From positions 1 to 52,581 of the forward strand of contig NZ_JBAPRN010000188.1 of assembly GCF_049281135.1 (NCBI RefSeq): DNA of 52,581 bases. The letters are read 5' to 3'. Source of the stretch: Mycobacterium sp. (GTDB taxonomy: Bacteria; Actinomycetota; Actinomycetes; Mycobacteriales; Mycobacteriaceae). How positions within the stretch are numbered: position 1 is the first letter of the stretch; the number at the start of each line of letters is the position of its first letter. The notes beneath the pieces were generated by a model. It had not been told where the DNA came from. It searched no databases and saw only the letters and a list, made by a program, of their open reading frames with translations. Made by a program: the position numbers and the translations under genes. Below are positions 27,548-36,674 of this stretch, one piece after another.

Positions 27548-28300
27548 ATGACCGAGAACGATATCGTCAACTCTTCCGCCGCCGGCCGCGCGAGCGCGGC
27601 AAACCAGCGGTTGATGGCGTACTGTGGCGTCGCCAGTTTGGTGGTCCTGTTGGTCGGTATGTGGGTCATCGCCGGCTTCGTCCCGCCGCCGGGACCCAAC
27701 CAGTCGCTCCAACAAATCGTTGCGCTGTACTCCAACCACGGTGTGCGGATCAGATTCGGCCTGATTGTCGCCTGCGCCGGCGTCACACTGCTGGGGCCGT
27801 GGACAGCTGCCATCGCCGTCCAAATGCGGCGCATCGAAGGCGAATTCGCGCCGTTGGCGTTGACACAGGTAATGCTCGGCGCGGTTCTCATCATCGAGTT
27901 CTACGTACCGACCGTCATGTGGATGGTCGCCGCCTTCCGGCCCGAGGTCGATCCCGGCTTCACCTACCGCCTACACGATCTGGCATCCATAACCTTCGTC
28001 TCGCTGCCGTTCAGCGCCGCACTGCAGGCAGTTCTCCTGGCCATCGCGATCTTCCAGGACAGGCACGATCAACCGGTGTTCCCGCGCTGGCTGGGCTATT
28101 TGAGCGTGTGGGCGGCCATCAGCTATCTGCCAGGAGCCTTCAACTGTCTGTTCAAGACGGGCGTCATCGCGTGGAATGGCGTGCTGGCCTGGTGGCTTGG
28201 TTTGACCGCGTTCGGTATCTGGATCCTTGCTGTTTCGTTCTGCCTTTTGCGCTACGCGATCCCGCACCAGGAAGCGACGTACGCGCAGCCCGGTTCGTAA
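27548..28300 (+). CDS. Uncharacterised multi-pass membrane protein (family A, copy 3)
   Basis: GFVPPP, IRFG, AFRPE, PVFPRWLGY, IAWNG. Confidence 0.85.
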   Translation: MTENDIVNSSAAGRASAANQRLMAYCGVASLVVLLVGMWVIAGFVPPPGPNQSLQQIVALYSNHGVRIRFGLIVACAGVTLLGPWTAAIAVQMRRIEGEFAPLALTQVMLGAVLIIEFYVPTVMWMVAAFRPEVDPGFTYRLHDLASITFVSLPFSAALQAVLLAIAIFQDRHDQPVFPRWLGYLSVWAAISYLPGAFNCLFKTGVIAWNGVLAWWLGLTAFGIWILAVSFCLLRYAIPHQEATYAQPGS

Positions 28301-28327
28301 GCCGATACCGGCGCGCGATAATCGAGC

Positions 28328-28849
28328 ATGGCCTCGCAGCATCCACCGGCCCGTACGATCACCGTCGAGGATTACCGGGAGCTGTTGGCACGGCGCCTGC
28401 AGGCAGACGGCATCGTCGACCGCGACGCGGCTGAGCATGCTGAGCTGGTGTTCAACCTGACCCGACTGCAGCACCGGCTGTCCCGCGATTTCGAGGCCAT
28501 GCACCGGCGGCGTGGCTGGACATGGGCGGGCTTTCGCATCATGAACGTCTTGTGGGCGGTCGGCGCCGCCGAGCTGCGCGACGTCGCACGACTCTCGGGG
28601 GCGTCGCGCGCGGCCGTCTCCAGCGCGCTGAACACCCTCGAGCGTGACGGTCTGGTATCGCGGATCCGCGATAGCGCCGACCGCCGACTGGTCCGGCTCC
28701 AGCTGACCGAACACGGTCGTTCTGCGCTTCACGAGGCGATGCGCGAGCAGGCCGGCCGCGAGCGTGAGTGGCTGCTGGCGCTAGCCCCCGCTGAACAGCA
28801 CCAGCTGAGCATGCTGCTCGCCGCGCTGGCCGATCAAAAAGTGCCATGA
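28328..28849 (+). CDS. MarR family regulator
   Basis: SRAAVSSALNTLERDGLVSR..DRRLVRLQLTEHG. Confidence 0.92.
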   Translation: MASQHPPARTITVEDYRELLARRLQADGIVDRDAAEHAELVFNLTRLQHRLSRDFEAMHRRRGWTWAGFRIMNVLWAVGAAELRDVARLSGASRAAVSSALNTLERDGLVSRIRDSADRRLVRLQLTEHGRSALHEAMREQAGREREWLLALAPAEQHQLSMLLAALADQKVP

Positions 28850-28954
28850 ACCGGTAGTGGGTCAGTTTGAAGCGATGAGATCTGGGGCAGATCGCCCAAC
28901 CCGACTAATCAGAGGGCGTCGGTCACGACGGGCACCCTCTTCCTGCGTCGTTAT

Positions 28955-29110
28955 CTACTCGGCCGCAGCGGCTTCCGGGTGTGCGGGGCGCTCGGCCTCG
29001 GCGAGATGGACAACTGCCTCGTTGACCTTGTCCTTGCCCATGATCTCAATGTATGCGCGGGCTGCGGCGCGCTGGGCCGGAGTGACCGTCACCACGCGAG
29101 TAGTAGCCAT
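28955..29110 (-). CDS. Small hypothetical protein (51 aa), cassette cargo
   Basis: MATTRVVTVTPAQRAAARAYIEIMGK...; GAAAGG RBS upstream. Confidence 0.65.
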   Translation of the reverse strand: MATTRVVTVTPAQRAAARAYIEIMGKDKVNEAVVHLAEAERPAHPEAAAAE

Positions 29111-29197
29111 CCGTCGCACCTTTCTCTGCAGACCTGCGCCCTCAGTGTAATTGGTACAACACGTAAGCGTCGACAACTATGCCTGCAACCGGCGCGG

Positions 29198-29881
29198 CTA
29201 TGGGGTGCCCTGTGGAGGGTCCTCCACAACGAAACGTACATCGCTTTCACCAGGTTTGGCGGGTTCGTCGACACCGGCATCCTTGAGCGCTGGTTCCATA
29301 ATTCGCTCAAGCACAGTTATCGCGAGCTTTCTCTCCTCGGCAGTGGCCAGGGTGCTTGACGCGAGCTGGCCCACCATTGTCCTCCCGACGACGCCCTGGG
29401 CTTCGTCCTTGCTGAATGTGAAGTCCAACATCTCCTTGAACCTTCGGAACCATTCGCTTCTGGCGTCGTTCTCACGTTCCGTTGCCGCCGTCTCGCGGGC
29501 AGTTTTGGCAGCCTTATCCGCCGCCAATATGACTCCTCCCAGCGCGACGAGGGAGACCAGTAGCGCACTGATCGGCGGTACCCACGTAGAGGCCCACGAG
29601 GGCGAAGGAGGACGCAACGTTCGTGCAAGCTTCTCAAGTTCCGCGTCAGGAACCTTGATGCTGCCCTTGTGGCCGGTCTCTATATGCCCGGTTTGATCAG
29701 AGCCGACCTGTACGGTCTCGTCACCAATCGTGACTGTGATCGTCTCAGCAGAAGGCGTCCGCGTCGGCGGAGATGAGCTCATCTCTGACGTGGTACAGCT
29801 CTTCAAAATCCAACCTCCGCCGACACCGACGGTCAGAAGCACCAAGCCCAGGAGTACCCACGGCCACTTTCTTCGTGACAC
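29198..29881 (-). CDS. Hypothetical two-TM membrane protein, cassette cargo
   Basis: Two hydrophobic segments, then RENDARSEWFRRF helix; GGAGGGAG RBS 8 nt before GTG. Confidence 0.75.
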   Translation of the reverse strand: MSRRKWPWVLLGLVLLTVGVGGGWILKSCTTSEMSSSPPTRTPSAETITVTIGDETVQVGSDQTGHIETGHKGSIKVPDAELEKLARTLRPPSPSWASTWVPPISALLVSLVALGGVILAADKAAKTARETAATERENDARSEWFRRFKEMLDFTFSKDEAQGVVGRTMVGQLASSTLATAEERKLAITVLERIMEPALKDAGVDEPAKPGESDVRFVVEDPPQGTP

Positions 29882-30173
29882 GCGCAAACTCCCTCCGGCC
29901 TGTTTGACCAGGAGATTAACGCATCACAGCTTGTTTTAGGTGCGGGCCACACCGGCAGCACTTTGGCCTTTCGGCGCACCTCCTATGGATGTGGCCCGCT
30001 TCAACCAACCCTGCCACCGGGCGCCGCGCATCGCCGCCCTACTTGGCTGATGAGGCCCGCTTGTCAGCGATGACGGCCACGCACTCGTCGACGCATTGGT
30101 CACAAACTGACCCACTACCCATGAACCGAACACGTTTGCTGTGGCGCGTTCTGTCAACACCACCCTCGATCAG

Positions 30174-30845
30174 TCAAGGTCGCACGGGAGCAAGCGTCAC
30201 GGAGACGACTCGGTCGATGGCTCGCATCGTCCGTTGGGTCCGCTGTTCGTCGGAATAAAAGCCGATATCCATTGCCAGACCCCACAGCAGATCCATGCAG
30301 ACCTGGGTGGTGGCCTCGGTGTCCATCTCGGTGTCGATCTCACCAGCGTGCACAGCGGTGTCGAGCAGGTTGCCGACGTATTCACGCACCGAGTCGATTG
30401 GCAGGAGCGCCTTCTCACGCAGCTCCGGGTGGGTGATCGCATCGACGGTGGATATTACGAAGAACCGGACGAACGTCTCGTCGGTCTGGCTGAATGCGAC
30501 TGCGCTTTCGAACACCGCTATGACGCGACGGTGGACAGAGCCGGTCACATTCTTGGCGTCGTCGAGGATTTGGCCGGCCACGACAGCCTGGACCGACGCC
30601 AGCGCAGCGCCGTAGAGCTCAATTTTGCTCGCGTAGTAGTTCGTGATCGCGTTCCGGGTGATTCCCGCGTCTTCGGCGATCTGTTTGAGGCTCGCCCGCT
30701 CGTAACCGGTTGAGGCAAACACCTGCCGGGCGCTGTGCAGGATCTTGAGCCGCGTCTCGGCGCCGTCCGCGCCCAACGGGCGGCCTGGCCGGCGGCGAGT
30801 GACGGGAGAGCTCACCGGAATGACTTTACGAGTCACGCGTGCCAT
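30174..30845 (-). CDS. TetR family regulator
   Basis: RPGRP; ASLKQIAEDAGITRNAITNYYASKIELY. Confidence 0.92.
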   Translation of the reverse strand: MARVTRKVIPVSSPVTRRRPGRPLGADGAETRLKILHSARQVFASTGYERASLKQIAEDAGITRNAITNYYASKIELYGAALASVQAVVAGQILDDAKNVTGSVHRRVIAVFESAVAFSQTDETFVRFFVISTVDAITHPELREKALLPIDSVREYVGNLLDTAVHAGEIDTEMDTEATTQVCMDLLWGLAMDIGFYSDEQRTQRTMRAIDRVVSVTLAPVRP

Positions 30846-30872
30846 GCCGCATGACCGTATTTCGTGGCCCCT

Positions 30873-31595
30873 TTACTGCAGGCCGTTGGTGCCGATGTCA
30901 AGCAAGCGGGCGACCAGTTCGTCGGGCACCGAGAGAAACGGCGAATGATCCCCGCCCAGGTCGAACAGGCTGGCTTCGGCCGCCGCGCTCATTTTCTGCT
31001 GGAACCACCACGGCATCACCTGATCGTGACGCCCGCCCAGATATGTCTTCGGGACTGATCCGAAGCCCTCGCTGGTGATTCGTAGCGGCGCGGTAACCAG
31101 ACCCAGCGGCTCGGGACAGAGTTGGGCGGCGGCCCACTCGGCGTCCTGAGGGTCGCAGCGGTTGTAGAACCCCTCAATGACAAGCTCGGACGCCGGGGCG
31201 AATGTGCTGCCGTCTTCTGAGAAGGTGAGCGCTCCCGGGCGCCTGAATAACCAGTCGTCGCCGATGCTCTGCATTTTCGGCAGCGCGGCCTCGCCGTCCT
31301 CGACAAGCAGCGCATTGATCAACACGAGACCCGCGACGGCGTCGGGCTTTTGCTCCACGAACTGGCTGACGATGAGTCCGCCGAGGCTGTGACCGACCAG
31401 CACCACCGGGGGCTCGGCGTTGTCCACCGCCGCGGCAACAGTGTCGAGGTAGGCCGAGAGTTCGGGCCGGTCCCCTCGGCCGCGCCCTGGCAGGTCGACA
31501 GCCTCGACCGCGTGGCTCTTGCTGAGCGGGCCGATGATGCGCTTCCAGCACCACGCGCCGTGGAAGCCGCCATGGACAAGGACGAATGTGGTCAT
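30873..31595 (-). CDS. Alpha/beta hydrolase (methylesterase-like)
   Basis: VLVHGGFHGAWCW, GHSLGG nucleophile, HDQV, DHSPFLS. Confidence 0.92.
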   Translation of the reverse strand: MTTFVLVHGGFHGAWCWKRIIGPLSKSHAVEAVDLPGRGRGDRPELSAYLDTVAAAVDNAEPPVVLVGHSLGGLIVSQFVEQKPDAVAGLVLINALLVEDGEAALPKMQSIGDDWLFRRPGALTFSEDGSTFAPASELVIEGFYNRCDPQDAEWAAAQLCPEPLGLVTAPLRITSEGFGSVPKTYLGGRHDQVMPWWFQQKMSAAAEASLFDLGGDHSPFLSVPDELVARLLDIGTNGLQ

Positions 31596-31692
31596 GGGAA
31601 GACGACCTTTGATGCAGATGGCGAGGATTCGTGCCGTAGCCGGTCCCTATTCATGGGTCCGACAGGAAAAATGATCACTACGGTCCACCCAT

Positions 31693-31711
31693 GGTCAAAC
31701 GGTGTTTGGTT
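31693..31711. promoter_or_regulatory. Operator, consensus AACCAAAC-N3-GTTTGGTT (copy 1)
   Basis: GGTCAAAC GGT GTTTGGTT between the divergent hydrolase and fadD genes. Confidence 0.6.
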
Positions 31712-31846
31712 ATCTGGTGATACGGTGCCACGTGACGGGCACCCACGTCAAGAAGGTGTGCGTCTAACTGGTCGAGGAGATGCACCCTGACCGTTTAGCA
31801 TTTCTTGAACAACGTTAGGTGAACCTGATGATCGGAGCGCCAATTC

Positions 31847-33379
31847 GTGTTTCACGCAACTGATTGGGTGGCCTACCACGCGCAGCATCGCGGAGATTCC
31901 CTAGCCCTCGGATGCGCCGAGGACGGGCGGCGAACAACCTGGACACAACTGGAAGACCGGGTCGCCGGTGTCGCCGCCACGCTGCGCGATTTGGGGGTCG
32001 GATCCGGCGATCGGGTGGCGTTGATCAGCGAGAACGACCCGCGCGTGTTCGAGGTGCAGTTCGCCTGCATGCGACTTGGCGCACTGTTCGTGCCGCTCAA
32101 TTGGAGGTTGCACGCCAGCGAGATCCAGGAGATCTGCCTGGACGCCCGGCCCAACGTCATCGTCCACGATGATCAATGGGCAGAGGTCGCCGTCACCGTT
32201 GCCGAGAAAGCCGATATCGCCCAACGCCTTTCCTTCAACCGGCCGCACGACGAGACCGAGTACGAGTCCGCTATCGCGGCGGCCACCCCGTTGCGCGCAA
32301 CGGGCGCGATCTCGATGGACCAGCCCACTCACATTCTGTACACGTCGGGGACCACCGGGCGGCCAAAAGGCGCCCTGTCCACCAATGCCAACTTGGTGTG
32401 GCAGGCCCTCAACACCGCCCACACCACCGGATACTCCCAGTCCGGGTGCCACCAACTCAATCCGATGCCGCTGTTCCACGCGGGCGGCCTGACCGTGATG
32501 GCCAATCCGATTCTCTACTTCGGCGGCGCGGTGACGACGATGACCCGCTTCGACCCTGAAAACGTCCTTCGGCATCTGGTCAGCCACGACCCGCCAATCA
32601 CCCACATCGCCGCAATTCCGTTGCTCTATCAGCGCATGGCCGAGACTCCCGGTTTCGCCGCGGCGGATTTGTCGCACCTACGCCACGGGATCATCGCCGG
32701 AGCGATCGCCTCGCCGGAACTCCTCCAGGCGTGGGCCGACCGCGGATTCCCGCTGCAGCCGCAGTACGGCGGGACCGAGATGGGCCCGATGGCAACGGCT
32801 CTCGACGACGAGGCGGCGAACCTCGACCATGCCAAGAGGGGGTCGACGGGTCGCGCCGCGCTGCACACGCAGATAAGGCTGGTCGATGCAACTGGCCGCG
32901 ACGTCGAGGATGGCGTTACGGGTGAAATCTGGTTGCGAGGCCCGAGCATCACCGTCGGGTATTGGGATCGGGACAACGGCGACTACTTCACCGGGGACGG
33001 CTGGTTTCGAACCGGCGATTCGGCCTACCGCGACCAGGACGGCTTCTATTATCCGGTTGGCCGTGTCAAAGAGATGTTCAAGTCCGGCGGGGAAAATATC
33101 TACCCAGCCGAAATCGAGCAGGTGCTCTCGCTGCATCCGGACGTGCGTGACGTCGGCATCGTCGGCATCGCCGACGAGGAATGGGGTGAGGTCGGCTTGG
33201 CGGTCGTGGTGGCGGAACCCGGGGTCACCATCACCCTCGACGAACTGAATACCTTTGCGGCGCAACGGCTAGCGCGCTACAAGCTGCCCAGACGGCTGGC
33301 CTTGGTCGACGACCTTCCTCGTAACGTCACCGGCAAGTTGTCCCGCGAGCAACTCAGGTCGAACCACCAGGGTGTTTGA
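31847..33379 (+). CDS. Acyl-CoA synthetase (FadD, AMP-binding)
   Basis: YTSGTTGRPKG, YGGTE, GWFRTGD, KSGGENIYPAE, PRNVTGK. Confidence 0.95.
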   Translation: MFHATDWVAYHAQHRGDSLALGCAEDGRRTTWTQLEDRVAGVAATLRDLGVGSGDRVALISENDPRVFEVQFACMRLGALFVPLNWRLHASEIQEICLDARPNVIVHDDQWAEVAVTVAEKADIAQRLSFNRPHDETEYESAIAAATPLRATGAISMDQPTHILYTSGTTGRPKGALSTNANLVWQALNTAHTTGYSQSGCHQLNPMPLFHAGGLTVMANPILYFGGAVTTMTRFDPENVLRHLVSHDPPITHIAAIPLLYQRMAETPGFAAADLSHLRHGIIAGAIASPELLQAWADRGFPLQPQYGGTEMGPMATALDDEAANLDHAKRGSTGRAALHTQIRLVDATGRDVEDGVTGEIWLRGPSITVGYWDRDNGDYFTGDGWFRTGDSAYRDQDGFYYPVGRVKEMFKSGGENIYPAEIEQVLSLHPDVRDVGIVGIADEEWGEVGLAVVVAEPGVTITLDELNTFAAQRLARYKLPRRLALVDDLPRNVTGKLSREQLRSNHQGV

Positions 33380-34322
33380 CCGTCCGCTCCGCCGGTGCAT
33401 CGGGCAGCCGGGCACGTGGCGCGACGAACACCATCTCCTGGGCTACGCTCGCCACGAGTTGTCCTGAACGGGAGCGTAATTCACCGCGGCAGAACGCTCG
33501 GTATCCGTGTGCGATGGGTGCGATCTGCTCGAGCAGCAGCCAGTCATCAAGGCGTGCCGGACGGTGCAGCCAAACCGAATGATTCAGCGTAGCCCCGAGC
33601 AGGGCCGTGTGGCCGATCATGTCATGCCACGCTATTCCGGTGGGAAAGTACACGGGTTCGAACATCGGCATGTCCGTCGCGAAGGCCAGCGCCGCGGCAT
33701 CGGCGCCCGCGATCTCACGAGGATAGCCAATAGCTTTCAGCCAGAGCCGGTTTCGTGGCGGGGCCGCCGAATCGTTCCAGGGCACTTGGTCGACGTACCG
33801 CAAGTCGACGGGCCATCGTCGGGCGGCTCCGCTCGGAATGTCGTCACCGTATCGATCTGACAACGATGCCAAGCGCGATGGCAGTGTGTCGGGGTCGGGC
33901 AGCGGTTGGGTGGGTTCACCGTCGGCCGGTGGCCATTCATGTTCTATCGAGGGTGCGCGGTCTTGGCTTGGCGCAGTGTGAAACGACGCGACGCTGGTGG
34001 CCAGCATTCGTCCGTTTTGCTGCGCGGTAACGACACGCGTTGACATCGAACGGGAATCACGCACCGAGTCGACGTCGTAGGTGACGGCATGGGTGTCGTC
34101 GCCCGGGTGCAAGAACGAGGTGTGCAACGAGTGCGCGACACGGTCGGTATCGACCGTCGCTGCCGCGGCCAGCAGGCTCTGCGCCCCAACCTGGCCACCG
34201 TAGAGACGTGGCAGACCCGAGCGTATGGGATCGGTCTCGTAGGTGTTGGCAGCGATCTCCCGCAGGGTGAAGATCTTTTGCCACCAACGCACGGATTGGG
34301 CGCTCTCGGGGGGGTCAACCAC
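33354..34322 (-). CDS. tesB: Acyl-CoA thioesterase II (TesB family)
   Basis: LYGGQVGAQSL, HSLHTSFL, AFATD, TLNHSVWLHRP, SVAQE. Confidence 0.88.
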   Translation of the reverse strand: MVDPPESAQSVRWWQKIFTLREIAANTYETDPIRSGLPRLYGGQVGAQSLLAAAATVDTDRVAHSLHTSFLHPGDDTHAVTYDVDSVRDSRSMSTRVVTAQQNGRMLATSVASFHTAPSQDRAPSIEHEWPPADGEPTQPLPDPDTLPSRLASLSDRYGDDIPSGAARRWPVDLRYVDQVPWNDSAAPPRNRLWLKAIGYPREIAGADAAALAFATDMPMFEPVYFPTGIAWHDMIGHTALLGATLNHSVWLHRPARLDDWLLLEQIAPIAHGYRAFCRGELRSRSGQLVASVAQEMVFVAPRARLPDAPAERTVKHPGGST

Positions 34323-34339
34323 TGCCGTCGGGTGGTGCG

Positions 34340-35170
34340 TCAGCGTGCGGTCGCACCGGCGTCAACGGGCATCGCCGCGCCGGTGATGTATCGGGCTTCG
34401 TCGGAGACCAACCACGCGACCGCGTTGGAGATGTCTTCAGCCTGGATGAGCTGCACGGGAAGGATATTGGTCATCGCTTCGAACAGCTCGGGCACATCGG
34501 GCGCGGCACCCAAAAACGACTCGTTGTTGACCATGGGAGTGTCGGCACCGGTGGGGTGAATCGAGTTCACCCGAATGTTATAGCTGCCCAGTGCATTTGC
34601 GTAGGCCCTCATCAGTCCCACGACGCCGTGCTTTGCGGCGGTATAGCCCAACATCCCGTACGTCTTGGACCGCAGGCTGCGGGTCGTTCCCTTCAGGCCG
34701 GCCGCCGAACTGGTGATGACGATGGCGCCGCCCTGGTTCTGTTCGACGAGCGTGGGGATGGCCGCCTCGATCGTGTAGACAACGCCGGTGAGCATGACGT
34801 CGATGCAGTCGTGCCACGCCTGGACAACGGTGGATGTGGGGCCCAGCACGGGCATGATGCCGGCGTTGGCGATCACGATGTCCAGCCGGCCGAACTCCGC
34901 CAGCCCCTCGTCGACAACCTTGTTGACCGCAGCCTCGTCGCGCACATCGGCTCTGGCTGCCACGATCCGACGGCCCAGCGCCTCGACAGCTTCGACGGTC
35001 TGCGCGAGTTCCTCCTCGGTTCCCAGCGGGTAGGGAACCGAGTCGATCTGCTCGCAGATGTCGAACGTGACGATGTCGGCACCGTCTCGGGCAAGCCGTA
35101 GCGCATGGGAGCGGCCCTGGCCGCGCGCTCCACCGCTGATGAAGGCGACCTTGCCGTCCAACGCTCCCAT
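34340..35170 (-). CDS. Mycofactocin-coupled SDR oxidoreductase (carveol dehydrogenase type)
   Basis: [26 protein letters not shown] insertion, [18 protein letters not shown]. Confidence 0.9.
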   Translation of the reverse strand: MGALDGKVAFISGGARGQGRSHALRLARDGADIVTFDICEQIDSVPYPLGTEEELAQTVEAVEALGRRIVAARADVRDEAAVNKVVDEGLAEFGRLDIVIANAGIMPVLGPTSTVVQAWHDCIDVMLTGVVYTIEAAIPTLVEQNQGGAIVITSSAAGLKGTTRSLRSKTYGMLGYTAAKHGVVGLMRAYANALGSYNIRVNSIHPTGADTPMVNNESFLGAAPDVPELFEAMTNILPVQLIQAEDISNAVAWLVSDEARYITGAAMPVDAGATAR

Positions 35171-35274
35171 GCGGACCTCCCGTTCAGCGGCGTCGCCGCG
35201 CCACACAGCCGTATCTAACCGATCGTTGTTCGATAACGTAGCGCGTGGCGGATCCCCTTGTACATCCCAAAACG

Positions 35275-35304
35275 TTGACTAACCAAACAGCGCTGGATTA
35301 GCGT
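35275..35304 (+). promoter_or_regulatory. P450 promoter with an operator (copy 2) in the spacer
   Basis: TTGACT, 18-nt spacer, TAGCGT; spacer contains AACCAAAC AGC GCTGGATT; ATG at 35313. Confidence 0.6.
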
Positions 35305-35312
35305 GATGCGTC

Positions 35313-36515
35313 ATGGGTAAAGCGCAGGCCGAATCCGACATCTCGGCCGCGGCGATGCTGCCGCATTACAACATGTGGGATCCCCAACACGAGAAGGCCA
35401 AATGGGATGTCTTCTCGTACGCACGGCGACATTGCCCGGTGGCCCACACGGATGCCGAAGGCGGCGGTCAATATGTCGTCACCCGGTACGACGACGTCCG
35501 CCGGGTTCTCGAAGATCCGCAGACCTTCTCGTCGGCCGGCGTTGCGCCCCGCCCGTCGCCGGTGCGACTCAATCCGCTCGATGCCGATCCGCCCTACCAG
35601 GTTGACCTGCGCAAAATCCTCAATCCGTTGTTCACCCGCAGCTTCCTGCTGCGGTTCGAGCCCGAACTGCGAAAAAATGCCACCGACCTCATCGGCCGCT
35701 TCATCGACAACGGGCGTTTCGAATTCGTCCGCGAGTTCGCGGGTCCGTTCGTGGGCAATGCCTTGTCGAGGGTCGTGTTCAACGAGGACGACCCGAAGAA
35801 GATGGACCATGCGGCCGAAGTCGTGATCCGGCTGGCGGTCGACGTCACCGACGAAGCGTTTTTCGAACTCGCCGTCCTGGCCGGGCAGTACATCGCCGAG
35901 CGCGAGGCGAACCCGGTTGCGCGAGACGATGTGTTGAACGCCATCGCCACCGGCACGGTGGAGGGGGGCAGGCCGCTGACGGACGAGGAACGACTCGGCG
36001 TCGTCACCGTCCTGTTCCTGGGTGGTCTCGACACCACCCGGGGGGCGATGGGTTCGATCGCCTACCACCTAGCCAGAGGGCCCGAACTCGAACAACGGCT
36101 ACGTGATCCCGCCTGGATTCGTCAGGACATGGATGAATTCATCCGGCTGGAGTCGCCCGTCGGCTGTCTCGGCCGAACCGCCACCAGGGATGTCGAACTC
36201 GGTGGGGTGACGATCAAGCAAGGCCAGCAGTTGCTGATTCGCTTCGATTCGGCCAATCGCGATGAGGCTCGCTTCGAGGATGCGTCGTGCTTGAATTTCG
36301 ATGGGCGGCGCAGTAGTTCGGCCGGTTTCGGACTGGGAATCCATCGTTGTCTGGGTTCGCACTTCGCCCGGATTCAGATTGCGATCGCTTTCGACGAGCT
36401 GTTCAACCGGGTGACAAATCTGCGCTTCGCCGACCCGGCCGCCGAAGTGCACTGGGCGCCTGGCATCGCCAACGGCCCAGAGGAGCTGGATCTCCTTTTC
36501 GACGTGATCGATTGA
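35313..36515 (+). CDS. Cytochrome P450
   Basis: GGLDTT I-helix, EFIR (ExxR), FGLGIHRCLG heme motif. Confidence 0.96.
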   Translation: MGKAQAESDISAAAMLPHYNMWDPQHEKAKWDVFSYARRHCPVAHTDAEGGGQYVVTRYDDVRRVLEDPQTFSSAGVAPRPSPVRLNPLDADPPYQVDLRKILNPLFTRSFLLRFEPELRKNATDLIGRFIDNGRFEFVREFAGPFVGNALSRVVFNEDDPKKMDHAAEVVIRLAVDVTDEAFFELAVLAGQYIAEREANPVARDDVLNAIATGTVEGGRPLTDEERLGVVTVLFLGGLDTTRGAMGSIAYHLARGPELEQRLRDPAWIRQDMDEFIRLESPVGCLGRTATRDVELGGVTIKQGQQLLIRFDSANRDEARFEDASCLNFDGRRSSSAGFGLGIHRCLGSHFARIQIAIAFDELFNRVTNLRFADPAAEVHWAPGIANGPEELDLLFDVID

Positions 36516-36562
36516 GACGACGGTGCCGGTAACCCACTTTTCGGGCATCGCGGGCGGCCCAG

Positions 36563-36586
36563 AACCAAACGGCGTATGGTTATACT
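36563..36586 (+). promoter_or_regulatory. Operator (copy 3) abutting a TATACT -10 box
   Basis: AACCAAAC GGC GTATGGTT (36563-36581), TATACT at 36581-36586. Confidence 0.65.
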
Positions 36587-36674
36587 CGACGGGAGACCGG
36601 CGGGATCCAGACCTGGCTAATTCGATCGAGGGAGGTAACTCCGAAATGATGCCCTGGCGGGAGATGCGCTGCTG

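Larger units (their letters stand above)
28853..30119. mobile_element. Non-autonomous IS-derived cassette (1267 bp, no transposase) with terminal inverted repeats and target duplication
   Basis: IRL GGTAGTGGGTCAGTTTG (28853-28869); IRR CAAACTGACCCACTACC (30103-30119); flanking direct repeat CATGAACC at 28845-28852 and 30120-30127. Confidence 0.88.

Noticed and set aside
28853..30119. Autonomous IS or a named IS family
   Set aside because: No ORF with DDE, HTH or recombinase features; the family cannot be assigned without a database search
33354..33379. Convergent 3' overlaps (also 44825-44848)
   Set aside because: Short tail-to-tail overlaps are common in compact actinobacterial genomes
35281..35300. 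KstR2 operator
   Set aside because: Does not match AnCAAGnnCTTGnT; fits the local AACCAAAC-N3-GTTTGGTT motif better
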